Virus record (IMG/VR): IMGVR_UViG_3300036770_001978
Span: 3,753 to 67,752 of that record
Strand: one strand, 5' to 3'
Source of the DNA: a virus
Length of the DNA: 64,000 nt
A program made the translations under genes and the position numbers. The stretch's first letter is position 1. Every line of letters starts with the position of its first letter. Under the pieces are notes generated by a model. The model made no database searches. It was not told where the DNA came from and saw only the letters and a program-made list of their open reading frames with translations. Shown piece by piece: positions 38,427-47,187 of the stretch.

Positions 38427-39930
38427 CTACCAGCGGTCTGCCGTAGCCGCCGTGTGCCGTGCCGCCAAGAGCGGTCAGAAGCGGATCGTCGTGTGCCAGC
38501 CGGTCGGCTCCGGCAAGACGGAGGTTATGGCGGAACTGTGCCGCATCGCACGCTATCCGCTGATGGTGGTGCCGCTCATCGACCTCATGCGTCAGGGCCG
38601 GGATCGCCTGGAACTGCGGCTTGGCGAGCGGTGCGACATCGAGCAGGGCGGCAACTTCGCGGAGAGCATCGAGGGTCTGCGGCGTCGGGTGATCGTCGGA
38701 TCCCGAGACAGCCTGCTCTCTAGCGGCCGGTACAAGGCGACGGCCTATGAGCGGGTGTCGCTGGTGCTGGTGGACGAGTGCCATGTCGGCATGACGCCAC
38801 GCATGGAGGAGATGCTCCGCTGGTTTGAAGATCGCGGGGCGACCATCGTGGGCTTCTCCGCCACCCCGTACAAGGGCAAGGGCAAGGCGTTGCGGTACTG
38901 GCCCCGCCCGCAGGTCGTGTACTCGCTGATGGACGGCATCAACGACGGCTACCTCATCGGCCCCAAGTGCTTTCTCAGCGAGGCCAAGTCGTTTGACCTG
39001 ACGCTGGTGGACGACGAGGCCGGATGCTGGAACAAGTCGCAACTGGCGGCGGTACTCACGGCCGAACACTTCGCCCAAGAGGTCACGAGCCTTGTGCTTT
39101 CGACCTACCGGAACCAGCCGTCCGTCATCTACGCCTGCAACCGCAGGCAGGCGGAACTGTTCTGCGACGTGTTCGCCCGCTACCAAGCGCGGGTCAGCCT
39201 CGTCCACTGCCGACAGAATCCGGAGGAGCGGAAGGCCCACATGGACGCCTTCCTGGCTGGCGACACGAAGATCATCGTGAACGTCGGCATCTTGGGGTAC
39301 GGCTGGGATTTTCCAGCGCTCCGAAACATCTATATGGCCGCTCCGACGCGCTCGCTTTCACGCTACGAGCAACGTCTCGGGCGCGGAACACGTCCGCTTC
39401 CAGGCATCATCCGCCCAGAGATGAGCCGTGACGAGCGTCTGGTGGCGATTGCTGCCAGCGAGAAGCCCCACTTCAACATCTACGACATCACCGACAGCAG
39501 CCGGTCGCACCAACTGCTCAATGCCCTGCAAGTGCTGGACGCCAAGAGCAGGCTCAAGGTGAAGCGAAGAGAGCGGATGGCCGCATCGCTGTCGATGGAG
39601 GGCACCAGTGCCGTCGATGCGATCCGTGAGGCCGATGCCGTCGATCTCGCTGAACTGGAAGCCCAAGCGCAGGAGATCATCGAGAAGCGGAAGCGTCTCA
39701 TCGTCGGCGTGAACTTCGACCACTCGACACGCGACCTGTTCTCCGAGCCGGAGGGCAAGAAGAAGCGTGGCTGGCGGATGATGTACGGCAAATACAAGGG
39801 CGTCACTCTCGACTCCATCCCGGAGGGCTACCTCTCGTGGGTGCTGGATGCACAGAAGAAGGAGACGCCGTTCAAGTCTGCGGTTCGGAGGGAACTGAGC
39901 CGCCGCAAGGAGAGCCCTGCGTCCCGGTAG
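38407..39930 (+). CDS. SF2 DExH helicase (RadD/UvsW-like) with C-terminal DUF3820-like GKYKG domain
   Basis: LRDYQ, PVGSGKT, DECH, SATP, QRLGRGTR, then MYGKYKG..L..IP..YL.W. Confidence 0.9.
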   Translation: MSTLLRDYQRSAVAAVCRAAKSGQKRIVVCQPVGSGKTEVMAELCRIARYPLMVVPLIDLMRQGRDRLELRLGERCDIEQGGNFAESIEGLRRRVIVGSRDSLLSSGRYKATAYERVSLVLVDECHVGMTPRMEEMLRWFEDRGATIVGFSATPYKGKGKALRYWPRPQVVYSLMDGINDGYLIGPKCFLSEAKSFDLTLVDDEAGCWNKSQLAAVLTAEHFAQEVTSLVLSTYRNQPSVIYACNRRQAELFCDVFARYQARVSLVHCRQNPEERKAHMDAFLAGDTKIIVNVGILGYGWDFPALRNIYMAAPTRSLSRYEQRLGRGTRPLPGIIRPEMSRDERLVAIAASEKPHFNIYDITDSSRSHQLLNALQVLDAKSRLKVKRRERMAASLSMEGTSAVDAIREADAVDLAELEAQAQEIIEKRKRLIVGVNFDHSTRDLFSEPEGKKKRGWRMMYGKYKGVTLDSIPEGYLSWVLDAQKKETPFKSAVRRELSRRKESPASR

Positions 39931-39938
39931 GAGGCCGC

Positions 39939-40340
39939 ATGAGCGAAGGATCGCCCGATGAGCGTTTCGTATCACAAATCGGCGTGGCAATGGCTGTGGA
40001 GCGGCTGCTTCGGGCAGGCTTCCACGTTGCCGTGCCCATTGTGGACGACGGCTACGACCTGCTGGCCTTCGATGTCCGCCGCTGCTGGCGCATCCAGGTC
40101 AAGGCGTCGTCGTCTCGCGGCGTCAATCGCTCCCGGATCCGCATCGGCAGGGGTCACGCGAAGCGGTCTGTCTACGACCCTCGCCACGTTGATGCGTTCG
40201 TCCTCGTCAACACACGGACGAGCGCCGTCATGTGCGTTCCCGTGTCGGAAACACACGGCAGGAAGTGGTTTTCATGGCTGGCTGCTGACAAGTGGTCAGA
40301 CATGGGCGTCCTGCGGCAAATCAAAACACAGCGCTGTTGA
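39939..40340 (+). CDS. PD-(D/E)XK endonuclease (PDDEXK_5-like)
   Basis: G..V.VP..D.GYDLL...RIQVKAS...Y....VD.F motif. GGAGG RBS. Confidence 0.75.
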   Translation: MSEGSPDERFVSQIGVAMAVERLLRAGFHVAVPIVDDGYDLLAFDVRRCWRIQVKASSSRGVNRSRIRIGRGHAKRSVYDPRHVDAFVLVNTRTSAVMCVPVSETHGRKWFSWLAADKWSDMGVLRQIKTQRC

Positions 40341-40393
40341 TTTTCTCGTATCGGTCAGCGCTCAAGAAATGAAAACGGTCGAGCCTAAACAAA

Positions 40394-40582
40394 CCGCCCT
40401 GGACCGAATCGGGCGGCTGAGTGGTGACGGCACGAAATCCGGGCAACGGGCAGGTATTCGATCCTGCAACAACGCTACGTCCCGGTGGTTTGCTGAGGAC
40501 AGGGCCAAATAAGGCCGTTCACCGCTACCCGCACAGGGTTGCTGACGCAGGGCTCCCGGCCCTTCTCAGCACGGAAGCGGTA
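40394..40582 (+). ncRNA. Candidate structured non-coding element
   Basis: 265-nt intergenic gap with several nested stems and a possible pseudoknot (see findings). Confidence 0.35.
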
Positions 40583-40605
40583 CGGACATAGGGAGCGGTG
40601 GAAAG

Positions 40606-40875
40606 ATGGCGAAAGACTTGGTGCTTCTCCGGTACACGGACAGCAGCGGCGAGAAACTCGCGGCCATGTGCCGCCCGAGCGAGGGCGTGGATGTGCTGCG
40701 GGAGGTGATCGGGGAGGAGACGGACGAGGATCGTCAGTGGTTCTCGCAGGAGCATAAGTCGGCGGTGGTGATCGACACGAGCGGCACGGTGGTGGTGACC
40801 TCTGCGGAGGACTTGACGCTGCTGTCGTTCTGGTTCTCCGTCGCCGCCCAGTGGCTCAAGACGCACGGAGGTTGA
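40606..40875 (+). CDS. Hypothetical protein
   Basis: 89 aa at the head of a tightly packed operon. Confidence 0.65.
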   Translation: MAKDLVLLRYTDSSGEKLAAMCRPSEGVDVLREVIGEETDEDRQWFSQEHKSAVVIDTSGTVVVTSAEDLTLLSFWFSVAAQWLKTHGG

Positions 40876-40876
40876 T

Positions 40877-41155
40877 GTGTCCGATTTCACGAAAGGAGTG
40901 GTGGTCATGGCTGGATTCATGTCGCAGGCATTGAGTGTGTTGCTGAAGGAGAACAAGGAACTGGTGGATGCCGCAAAAAGGCTGGGCGGGCTGGCCGCTT
41001 GTCGTCAGGAGACGTTTGAGCACAGCGTGGACTTGAACACGAAAGAGGAGTCGCATCGGTACGTCATCGCGTTCGCCACTGAGGAGGACGCAGAGAACTT
41101 TGCCCATGCCGTGTGGGACATCGTGGATTTGACAGCGGAGGAGGGCGATGAGTGA
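40877..41155 (+). CDS. Hypothetical protein
   Basis: GGAGG RBS. Alternative ATG at 40907. Confidence 0.6.
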   Translation: MSDFTKGVVVMAGFMSQALSVLLKENKELVDAAKRLGGLAACRQETFEHSVDLNTKEESHRYVIAFATEEDAENFAHAVWDIVDLTAEEGDE

Positions 41156-41849
41156 TGGGCGTAAGGAACTATCGGCCTTCGCGGAGGCTTACGGCTTTTG
41201 CGCGGTGTGCTGGGGGCGAGAGTCTCTGCACATCCACCACTTGCAGCAGGGGGCTGGTCGCTCGCACGACCGCCGGAACCTCCTGCGGCTCTGCATGTGG
41301 TGCCACGAAGGCTTGCACTTCGGGGGGAAGCACGACCTCAAGAAAGGCATGCTCCTCACCGCCAAGCGAGAGGTTGACGACGCCCACTACGACCCAGCGT
41401 TCCTGGCTTCGCTGCGTCTCAAGCGTCATCTGGGCTATGAGCCGGAGCGGTATCCGGTGCGTGTGTTCGTGTTTCGCAGGAAGAACGGAATCCCGCAGGA
41501 GTTGAAGCACATGGCGATCAACAGCAGGCAGAAGGGCAAGCGTGGCGAACTGGAGGCTGCGGCCGAGTGGAACCGGCTGCTGCCGAATGCCCACTCGCGG
41601 CGGTCGCAGCAGCACAGCGGCACGGAGTCGGCCAGCGACCTCATCTCTCCCGGCACGCCGCACCTGTGGCTGGAGGTGAAGCGGGTCGAGCGTGGGCTGA
41701 ACCTGCACGCCGTCATGGACAAGTCCCGTGAGCAGTGCGGGGAACTCTGCCCGGTGGTGCTGCACAGGCAGAACGAGAAGGAGTGGCTTGTGACGTTCCC
41801 GCTGGAGCAGATCAAGCGGTTCGTGCAGCAGGTACAGGGAGCGATGTGA
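41148..41849 (+). CDS. HNH domain fused to Hjc-type Holliday junction resolvase
   Basis: CAVC..HIHH..NLLRLC..CH, then NSRQKGKRGELE..DLI..LEVKR. Confidence 0.75.
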   Translation: MSDGRKELSAFAEAYGFCAVCWGRESLHIHHLQQGAGRSHDRRNLLRLCMWCHEGLHFGGKHDLKKGMLLTAKREVDDAHYDPAFLASLRLKRHLGYEPERYPVRVFVFRRKNGIPQELKHMAINSRQKGKRGELEAAAEWNRLLPNAHSRRSQQHSGTESASDLISPGTPHLWLEVKRVERGLNLHAVMDKSREQCGELCPVVLHRQNEKEWLVTFPLEQIKRFVQQVQGAM

Positions 41850-42106
41850 TGAACGCCCGAGTCATCGACTGGGACGGAGACGACAGCGAGGAGGAGGAAG
41901 TCCACAGCCCGATTCCGGACAAGGACGGCTGGGTCACTCTCAAGGAAGGAAAGAACGATGCGGGTAACGCTGGAGTGGTTCGAGGTCAGCCGAGCGGCGC
42001 TCGTGGGCGTAAGCCGAAACGTGGAGGCTCTGCGAAAGGGTCTGCAAAACGCCCGGCCCACAAACGAAAACGAGTGGCACGTCCACATTCTCGGCGCACT
42101 CGGTGA
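41849..42106 (+). CDS. Hypothetical protein
   Basis: TGATG coupling. The 3' half overlaps the next ORF. Confidence 0.4.
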   Translation: MNARVIDWDGDDSEEEEVHSPIPDKDGWVTLKEGKNDAGNAGVVRGQPSGARGRKPKRGGSAKGSAKRPAHKRKRVARPHSRRTR

Positions 42107-42431
42107 GTGTGCGTTCGCGAAGGCGACCAACCGCTACTGGAACGGCAGTGTCAACACCTTCAAGTCGGGTGGGGATGTCGGTGACAACATCCAGATCCGC
42201 ACGCGATCCAAGCATTCCTATGACCTCATCGTCCGATCAGGCGACAGGGACAGTGACGTGTTTGTGCTGGTCACGGGTGGCCCGCACGAGTTCACCATTC
42301 ACGGCTGGATGCCCGCTGCGGAGGCGAAGCAGCCGAAGTTCAAGGCCAACTACGGCGGATACGGGGAAGCGTATTTCGTCCCGCAGTCGGCGTTGCGTCC
42401 GATAGATCCATTGGTGTGCAAGGAGTGCTGA
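41958..42431 (+). CDS. Conserved phage protein, restriction-endonuclease-like fold suspected
   Basis: GALGE.AFA, GDV...IQIRT, YFVPQS.L.P motifs. Confidence 0.65.
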   Translation: MRVTLEWFEVSRAALVGVSRNVEALRKGLQNARPTNENEWHVHILGALGECAFAKATNRYWNGSVNTFKSGGDVGDNIQIRTRSKHSYDLIVRSGDRDSDVFVLVTGGPHEFTIHGWMPAAEAKQPKFKANYGGYGEAYFVPQSALRPIDPLVCKEC

Positions 42432-42433
42432 CC

Positions 42434-42952
42434 ATGAACGCCACGACGATGCAGACATACACCGGCAGGCTGATCGACCTCGCCCACTTCAGTGAGGAGG
42501 ACGTTCGACTGCCCGACATCTCACATGCCCTGTCCCTCATCAACCGTTTCACGGGCCACTCCAAGTGCCCGTATTCGGTGGCCCAGCACAGCGTCATGGT
42601 GAGCCGCATCACGCAGCCCGAGAACGCCCTGTGGGGGCTGCTGCATGATGCCAGCGAGGCGTACTTGGGGGACGTAGCCACGCCGCTGAAGAACCTACTG
42701 CCCGGCTACCGGGAACTGGAGGAGCGGGTGCAGCGAACCATCGCCCGCGTGTTCCGGCTGTCGTGGCCGATGCCGCCCGACGTGAAGCAGGCCGACCTGC
42801 GGGCGTTGATGGCGGAGAAACGAGACTTGATCTCCTGCTCGCATGACTGGGGGATCGACGTGGAGCCTGAGTGCGGGCCGGTGAATCCGTATTGCTGGAC
42901 GCAGGCGAAGGAGTTGTTTGAGTCGCGCTACAAGGAGTTGGTGAAGTGGTAA
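42434..42952 (+). CDS. HD-domain phosphohydrolase (YfbR/YfdR-like deoxynucleotidase)
   Basis: DI.HALS..NRF.GH, YSVAQHS, LLHDASEAYLGD, VK.AD. Confidence 0.9.
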   Translation: MNATTMQTYTGRLIDLAHFSEEDVRLPDISHALSLINRFTGHSKCPYSVAQHSVMVSRITQPENALWGLLHDASEAYLGDVATPLKNLLPGYRELEERVQRTIARVFRLSWPMPPDVKQADLRALMAEKRDLISCSHDWGIDVEPECGPVNPYCWTQAKELFESRYKELVKW

Positions 42953-43260
42953 AGGTAACTGAGGACAGGTCGGTCAAGTACGACAGCGGTGCCGTTCGGT
43001 CGAGCGATGCGGAGGCGACGAGGTACGACCTCATCACGCCCATCGGATTGGCCGCAGTGGCCGCTGCCTGTGCGGAGGGAGCAGCCAAGTATGGGGGGCG
43101 ACTGAGCGTGCCTGAATGTCTCAACGAGTGCCTCCGAGAGACATACATCTTTCTGGCGGGAGATAGGAATGCCGACCATCTGGCAAACGCTGCGGTTGCA
43201 GTCCTGCACGCCATTCAGGAGAACAGCCGTGTCGAGAAAGAAATGCACGAAGTGCGGTGA
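42946..43260 (+). CDS. dATP/dGTP diphosphohydrolase-domain (DUF5664-like) protein, degenerate copy
   Basis: SGAVR..RYDLI.P..L..VA....EGA.KYG. Lacks NW..G and several His residues. Confidence 0.65.
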   Translation: MVKVTEDRSVKYDSGAVRSSDAEATRYDLITPIGLAAVAAACAEGAAKYGGRLSVPECLNECLRETYIFLAGDRNADHLANAAVAVLHAIQENSRVEKEMHEVR

Positions 43261-43747
43261 GTTGAAGTCGCTGGAGGATTACCACAATTCGGTAAACACG
43301 AAGGACGGGCGCTATGCCATGTGCAAGCCGTGCGTCAATGCGAAAAACAATGAGTGGCGCAAGGCCAACAAGGGCAAAGTGGCAGAAGGCAAAAGGCGCT
43401 ACGCCATGAGGAATTGGGAGGCGATTCGGAAGCACCAGCGTGAGTACATGGAGGCGCACAAAGTCGAGGCGGCGGAGTACAGGCGGCGATGGAATCTTGC
43501 CAAGCGATACGGCATCACGCTTGAACAGTACGCGGACATGTGGGACCGGCAGGGAGGGCTATGCGGTGTGTGTCGGCTGAATCGCAAGAAGATGGTGGTT
43601 GACCATGACCATGACACAGGCAAGGTGCGTGGCATTTTGTGCCAGAGATGCAATGTGAGCATTGGCGGTCTTGGCGACAACGTGGACGGAGTGATGAGGG
43701 CAGTTCGTTATTTATCTGGGAGCAACAAATGTTTCGTTATGACCTGA
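43229..43747 (+). CDS. Recombination endonuclease VII-family nuclease (probable free-standing homing endonuclease)
   Basis: CTKC..CKPC N-terminus, then YGIT.EQY..M...Q.G.C.VC..VDHDH.TGKVRGILC..CN..IG. AGGAG RBS. Confidence 0.9.
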   Translation: MSRKKCTKCGELKSLEDYHNSVNTKDGRYAMCKPCVNAKNNEWRKANKGKVAEGKRRYAMRNWEAIRKHQREYMEAHKVEAAEYRRRWNLAKRYGITLEQYADMWDRQGGLCGVCRLNRKKMVVDHDHDTGKVRGILCQRCNVSIGGLGDNVDGVMRAVRYLSGSNKCFVMT

Positions 43748-44019
43748 TTCCACCGAAGGGCATTGAGGCAGTGGCAAGCGCCTGTGCAGAAGGTGCCGCC
43801 AAGTACAGTCCCTATAACTGGGAAGCCGGGATGGGTGCAGCCGACATACTGAATCATGCCATTCGCCACGTATTCAAGTTCCTGGACGGCGACAGGAGCG
43901 AAGACCATCTGGGCCATGCGGCGTGGAACTTCATGGCAGCGATTCATTCGTTGGAGTTGTGGCCGGAACTCAACGAAGGTTCATTTCGTACCGGCTATTG
44001 TGAGGCACCGACAAAATAA
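43729..44019 (+). CDS. dATP/dGTP diphosphohydrolase-domain (DUF5664-like) protein, intact core without N-terminal leader
   Basis: RYDLIPP, EGAAKY..YNWE.G, NHAIRH, EDHLGHAAWN. Confidence 0.75.
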   Translation: MFRYDLIPPKGIEAVASACAEGAAKYSPYNWEAGMGAADILNHAIRHVFKFLDGDRSEDHLGHAAWNFMAAIHSLELWPELNEGSFRTGYCEAPTK

Positions 44020-44567
44020 TGATCGCCGTCGCCGTAACGGAATACGACGACGAGAACATCGTTGAGGAGTGCGAGACTGGCTGGAGGAGGTTTTGTGCAG
44101 AAGTTCTCGTTCGGACCCACTACCACGTTCGGGAGTTGTGCCGTCGCCACAGGCGTCTGGGGTACAGGCAGATGCTCCCAACAAGCCGAAAGGAGTGGGA
44201 GATCCTGCGCCGTCAGGTAGCCGCCTACAGGTGGGCCTTCGACGGCACGGGAGGGGAGTTCACGTTTGACCAGACGTGCCGGGATTTGAGCCTCGATCCC
44301 GAGATCGTGCGGCGAAAACTCCTGTCCCTGTGCAAGCCTGAGCGGGACATAAATCTTCTGGTGAAGTGGGTGGCCCGCCAGAAGGAGAAGCCGCATGGCA
44401 ACCGTAGCCGAGAAGGTCAAGATGCTGGTGGAATGGGCACCGGCCTTGTCGATGCTGTCCGAGATTTCCGCCGCAGACACGGCGAAAGAACGGGCAGAAG
44501 GGGCGCTCAAACTCATGCGGTTTGTCGCTACCAAGACGGCCACGCCCATCGACGACGATCTTTGTGA
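44019..44567 (+). CDS. Hypothetical protein
   Basis: TAATG coupling. W.F....FTF...C..L.LDP..VR motif seen in phage proteins. Confidence 0.6.
   Translation: MIAVAVTEYDDENIVEECETGWRRFCAEVLVRTHYHVRELCRRHRRLGYRQMLPTSRKEWEILRRQVAAYRWAFDGTGGEFTFDQTCRDLSLDPEIVRRKLLSLCKPERDINLLVKWVARQKEKPHGNRSREGQDAGGMGTGLVDAVRDFRRRHGERTGRRGAQTHAVCRYQDGHAHRRRSL
44344..44356 (+). promoter_or_regulatory. Candidate late promoter motif GGGACATAAATCT
   Basis: Inside the upstream ORF, 38 nt before ATG 44395. Confidence 0.35.
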
Positions 44568-44664
44568 GCGGGTGGAGGCGTGCCTCCTGAGTCCACAGGG
44601 GGAGGAGTTGTTCCGGTACATCGTGGCTCTGGTCACGGCTGTATCGCAGGCGGAGGTGGACTGA
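44395..44664 (+). CDS. Hypothetical protein (holin-like T.T.IDD motif)
   Basis: AAGGAG RBS, KTATPIDD. Confidence 0.6.
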   Translation: MATVAEKVKMLVEWAPALSMLSEISAADTAKERAEGALKLMRFVATKTATPIDDDLCERVEACLLSPQGEELFRYIVALVTAVSQAEVD

Positions 44665-44906
44665 TGCTGCTGTATCTGCTCGCCGCCGCCGCCTTTGCTG
44701 TGGCTGCGGGGGCGTCTGCCCTGCCGTACCTGACTGCGGCCCGGTCGCCGGGAGTCTCACCGGCTGACCGGGCCGGGTGGGTGAATCGCCTCTTCGTCCT
44801 GGCTGGGCAGGCGGAGGAGGCTGGGGAGGCGTCAGTGGCGGCTGCTGCCCGTTCGCTGATCGCCGCTCTGGTGGCGGAAAAGGAACTTCCGAAGAAAGCA
44901 CGGTAG
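44664..44906 (+). CDS. Small membrane-anchored protein
   Basis: GGAGG RBS, TGATG coupling, N-terminal hydrophobic helix. Confidence 0.6.
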   Translation: MLLYLLAAAAFAVAAGASALPYLTAARSPGVSPADRAGWVNRLFVLAGQAEEAGEASVAAAARSLIAALVAEKELPKKAR

Positions 44907-44909
44907 TTC

Positions 44910-45326
44910 ATGGCACGGACGGTCGCAATCTGGGCGGGCCTGCTGATTGGCATTGGGGCCATGACGGCCACCGTCCTGCCCCGCAAGCCCGTCGTGGCTC
45001 CGGTGGTGCCGCAGCCCGCTGGCGTCCTGGCTGGCGTCAGTGCGGCCGACGCCGCGATCCTGCGAGAGTTCCATGCGGCGATGGCGGACATCGTGGTGCG
45101 GGACGGTGCGGCCAAGCAGCCGGTCTGCAAGACGCTGTTCGACCTGCGGGCACGGTACAGGAACGCCCTGTCGCTGGCCTTTGAGAACACGGGGATGGTG
45201 GGCCGGTACGCCGGTCTGGGGCAGCGGCTCGACGAATACCTGCTCCTGGCTGTGGGCGACAAGGACTTGCCGCTCACGCCTGAACTCAGGCAGTCCGCAT
45301 CTCGGGCGTTCGCAGCGATCAAATAG
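44910..45326 (+). CDS. Membrane-anchored/secreted hypothetical protein
   Basis: N-terminal TM helix followed by a Pro linker. Confidence 0.65.
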   Translation: MARTVAIWAGLLIGIGAMTATVLPRKPVVAPVVPQPAGVLAGVSAADAAILREFHAAMADIVVRDGAAKQPVCKTLFDLRARYRNALSLAFENTGMVGRYAGLGQRLDEYLLLAVGDKDLPLTPELRQSASRAFAAIK

Positions 45327-45333
45327 GTGGGGC

Positions 45334-46275
45334 ATGACGGAGTTCTTCGCCTCACCAGAGGACATCGTTCGGGCGTACAACGACGGGCTCATGGGCTCGT
45401 ACTGCGACCCCGATGCCACCGCCCGCCTGCTGCGGTCGCTGCCCATGCCGTTGTTCGGAGGCACGCTGGCGGGTAGCGGTGCGGGCAAACTGTCCCTCGC
45501 CTTCAAGGCAGTCGTCCACTGGGAGACAACGACCGGCCGCAAGCCCTACGACGAGACGCAAACGACGGGCGATTGTGTCAGCCATGCCGTGCGGGGCGGG
45601 TCTGATGTGGCTCGGGCCAACGACCCTGACCTGCACTCGACGGAGGACTGGGTAGACCGCACGGCGACGGAGCCGCTGTACGGCGCTCGGGGTCATGGCG
45701 GTCAGGGGGCGACCTGCTCCCGCATCGTGGAGTGGGCGCACAAGACCGGCGGGCTGATGCTCCGCAAGAAGTACGACTCGCTCGGGATTGACCTCACGGA
45801 ATACAACGCATCGGTGGGCATGCGGTGGGGCTCGCGTGGTGTGCCGTCTGAGGTGACCAGCGAAGCGAAGAAGCACCACATCGGGACGATCAGTCTGGTG
45901 ACGACGTGGCAGCAGGCACGGGACGCCATCGCCAATGGGTACGGGCTGGTGTGCTGCTCGGACGTTGGGTTCGCCGGGATGAAGCGGAACTCGGAGGGCA
46001 TGATCCGCCCGTCCGGGACATGGCACCACGCGATGCAGTGGCACGCGGCCGACGCCACCCGCCCCAATGACTGCCGCTTCTGCGTGCAGAACTCGTGGGG
46101 CTGGAACGCTCACACCGGCCCGAAGGTGCATGACCAGCCGGAAGGGTCGTTCTGGATCGACCAGCAGACGGCCCAGCGGATGATCGCACAAGGGGGAACG
46201 TATGCAGTATCGAACGTGGTGGGCTTTCCTAAGCGGACGCTCAAAGACTGGGGCGCACGGGAGATTCTCGGATGA
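45334..46275 (+). CDS. Papain-family (C1-like) cysteine peptidase
   Basis: QTTGDCVSHA (Gln/Cys), HAM (His), VQNSWG (Asn), GSFWI. Confidence 0.85.
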   Translation: MTEFFASPEDIVRAYNDGLMGSYCDPDATARLLRSLPMPLFGGTLAGSGAGKLSLAFKAVVHWETTTGRKPYDETQTTGDCVSHAVRGGSDVARANDPDLHSTEDWVDRTATEPLYGARGHGGQGATCSRIVEWAHKTGGLMLRKKYDSLGIDLTEYNASVGMRWGSRGVPSEVTSEAKKHHIGTISLVTTWQQARDAIANGYGLVCCSDVGFAGMKRNSEGMIRPSGTWHHAMQWHAADATRPNDCRFCVQNSWGWNAHTGPKVHDQPEGSFWIDQQTAQRMIAQGGTYAVSNVVGFPKRTLKDWGAREILG

Positions 46276-46502
46276 AGATTTCCACCGTTTCTGTCGCCGT
46301 ATGGCTCGCGTTTGCCCCAGACGTGCTGCCTCCGCAGCCCAGTCCGCAGCCGGTGAAGTGCTGCGGCAAGTGCGGGGGAACGGGGATGGTGCCGACAGGC
46401 GACGGGATCACGCGGGTGTGGTGTGAGTGCCCGGCAACGTGCTCGTGTGCGAAGAACCGGCCGAAGCCCCAGCAGTGCCTCAGCGGAACGTGCAGGAAGT
46501 GA
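46272..46502 (+). CDS. Small Cys-rich protein with signal-like N-terminus
   Basis: ATGA coupling. CGKCGGTG..GDG..CEC..C.C and C.SG.C. Confidence 0.6.
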   Translation: MKISTVSVAVWLAFAPDVLPPQPSPQPVKCCGKCGGTGMVPTGDGITRVWCECPATCSCAKNRPKPQQCLSGTCRK

Positions 46503-46504
46503 CC

Positions 46505-46870
46505 ATGCAAGCCGACGAACTGTGCGCGTACGTCCGTCGCCGCCTGCCAGTCAGAGCCCGGCTGGTGGGGAAGGAACGGCTCAACGATCTGGTGCTGATC
46601 GCCGTGACGGAGTGGCCGATTGAGCCGCTGATGGCGGCGGGAAGAGGGTCGGTCGAGGAGGAGAAGATCCTGGACGCGACCACCAAGAGGGTGACCGCCA
46701 CCTACGAGGCGCTGCGTGGCAGCGAGCAGACCTACGGATTCTTCTGGACGCTGATCCTGTCGGCGGCGATCTCCGCCATCGTGCAGCATGTCCTGGAGTG
46801 GTGGCTATCGAGATCGGCCAATCGCGTGAAACTGGCCGGGTGGCAGTGCGCAGCAAGAGGTGAGGCGTGA
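46505..46870 (+). CDS. Hypothetical protein with C-terminal hydrophobic helix
   Basis: 121 aa. GFFWTLILSAAISAIVQ. Confidence 0.6.
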   Translation: MQADELCAYVRRRLPVRARLVGKERLNDLVLIAVTEWPIEPLMAAGRGSVEEEKILDATTKRVTATYEALRGSEQTYGFFWTLILSAAISAIVQHVLEWWLSRSANRVKLAGWQCAARGEA

Positions 46871-47127
46871 GCAGCGTGGAAGTGTACGAGACAGCCCTGC
46901 GAATGCTGGAGCGGTACGGGTTCGGCCTCGTCCTGGCGAGCCTCGTGCTGTGGTTCGTGCGTGTGGACATCGTGCTGCCGATGGTGGAGGCACACCAAGC
47001 GTTCCTGCGGGAGATGTCGCTGACACAGCGAGACATAGCCGAAGCCGTCCACGAACAGACGCGGCTGCTGTACGCCTTGCAGCCGAAGGTGGCTGCGGCG
47101 AGCGGGGTGGACGAGGGAAGGAACTGA
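46867..47127 (+). CDS. Putative holin-like membrane protein
   Basis: ERYGFGLVLASLVLWFV TM helix followed by a coiled coil. Confidence 0.5.
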   Translation: MSSVEVYETALRMLERYGFGLVLASLVLWFVRVDIVLPMVEAHQAFLREMSLTQRDIAEAVHEQTRLLYALQPKVAAASGVDEGRN

Positions 47128-47145
47128 CGCATTCGTCGTGCGTCG

Positions 47146-47158
47146 CGGACATGAATCC
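47146..47158 (+). promoter_or_regulatory. Candidate late promoter motif CGGACATGAATCC
   Basis: Intergenic, upstream of the fibre genes. Confidence 0.4.
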
Positions 47159-47187
47159 AGTAGCCGCCGGGCACCAGAGAGGGCGCG

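Noticed and set aside
39939-40605. Group I intron around the PD-(D/E)XK endonuclease
   Set aside because: No interrupted host gene and no recognisable P7 core. The helicase ends intact upstream.
42434-44019. 2-aminoadenine (Z) or other modified-base pathway
   Set aside because: HD hydrolase and DUF5664-like genes are present, but no PurZ, DNA polymerase or base-modifying enzyme was recognised. Both families are common in ordinary phages.
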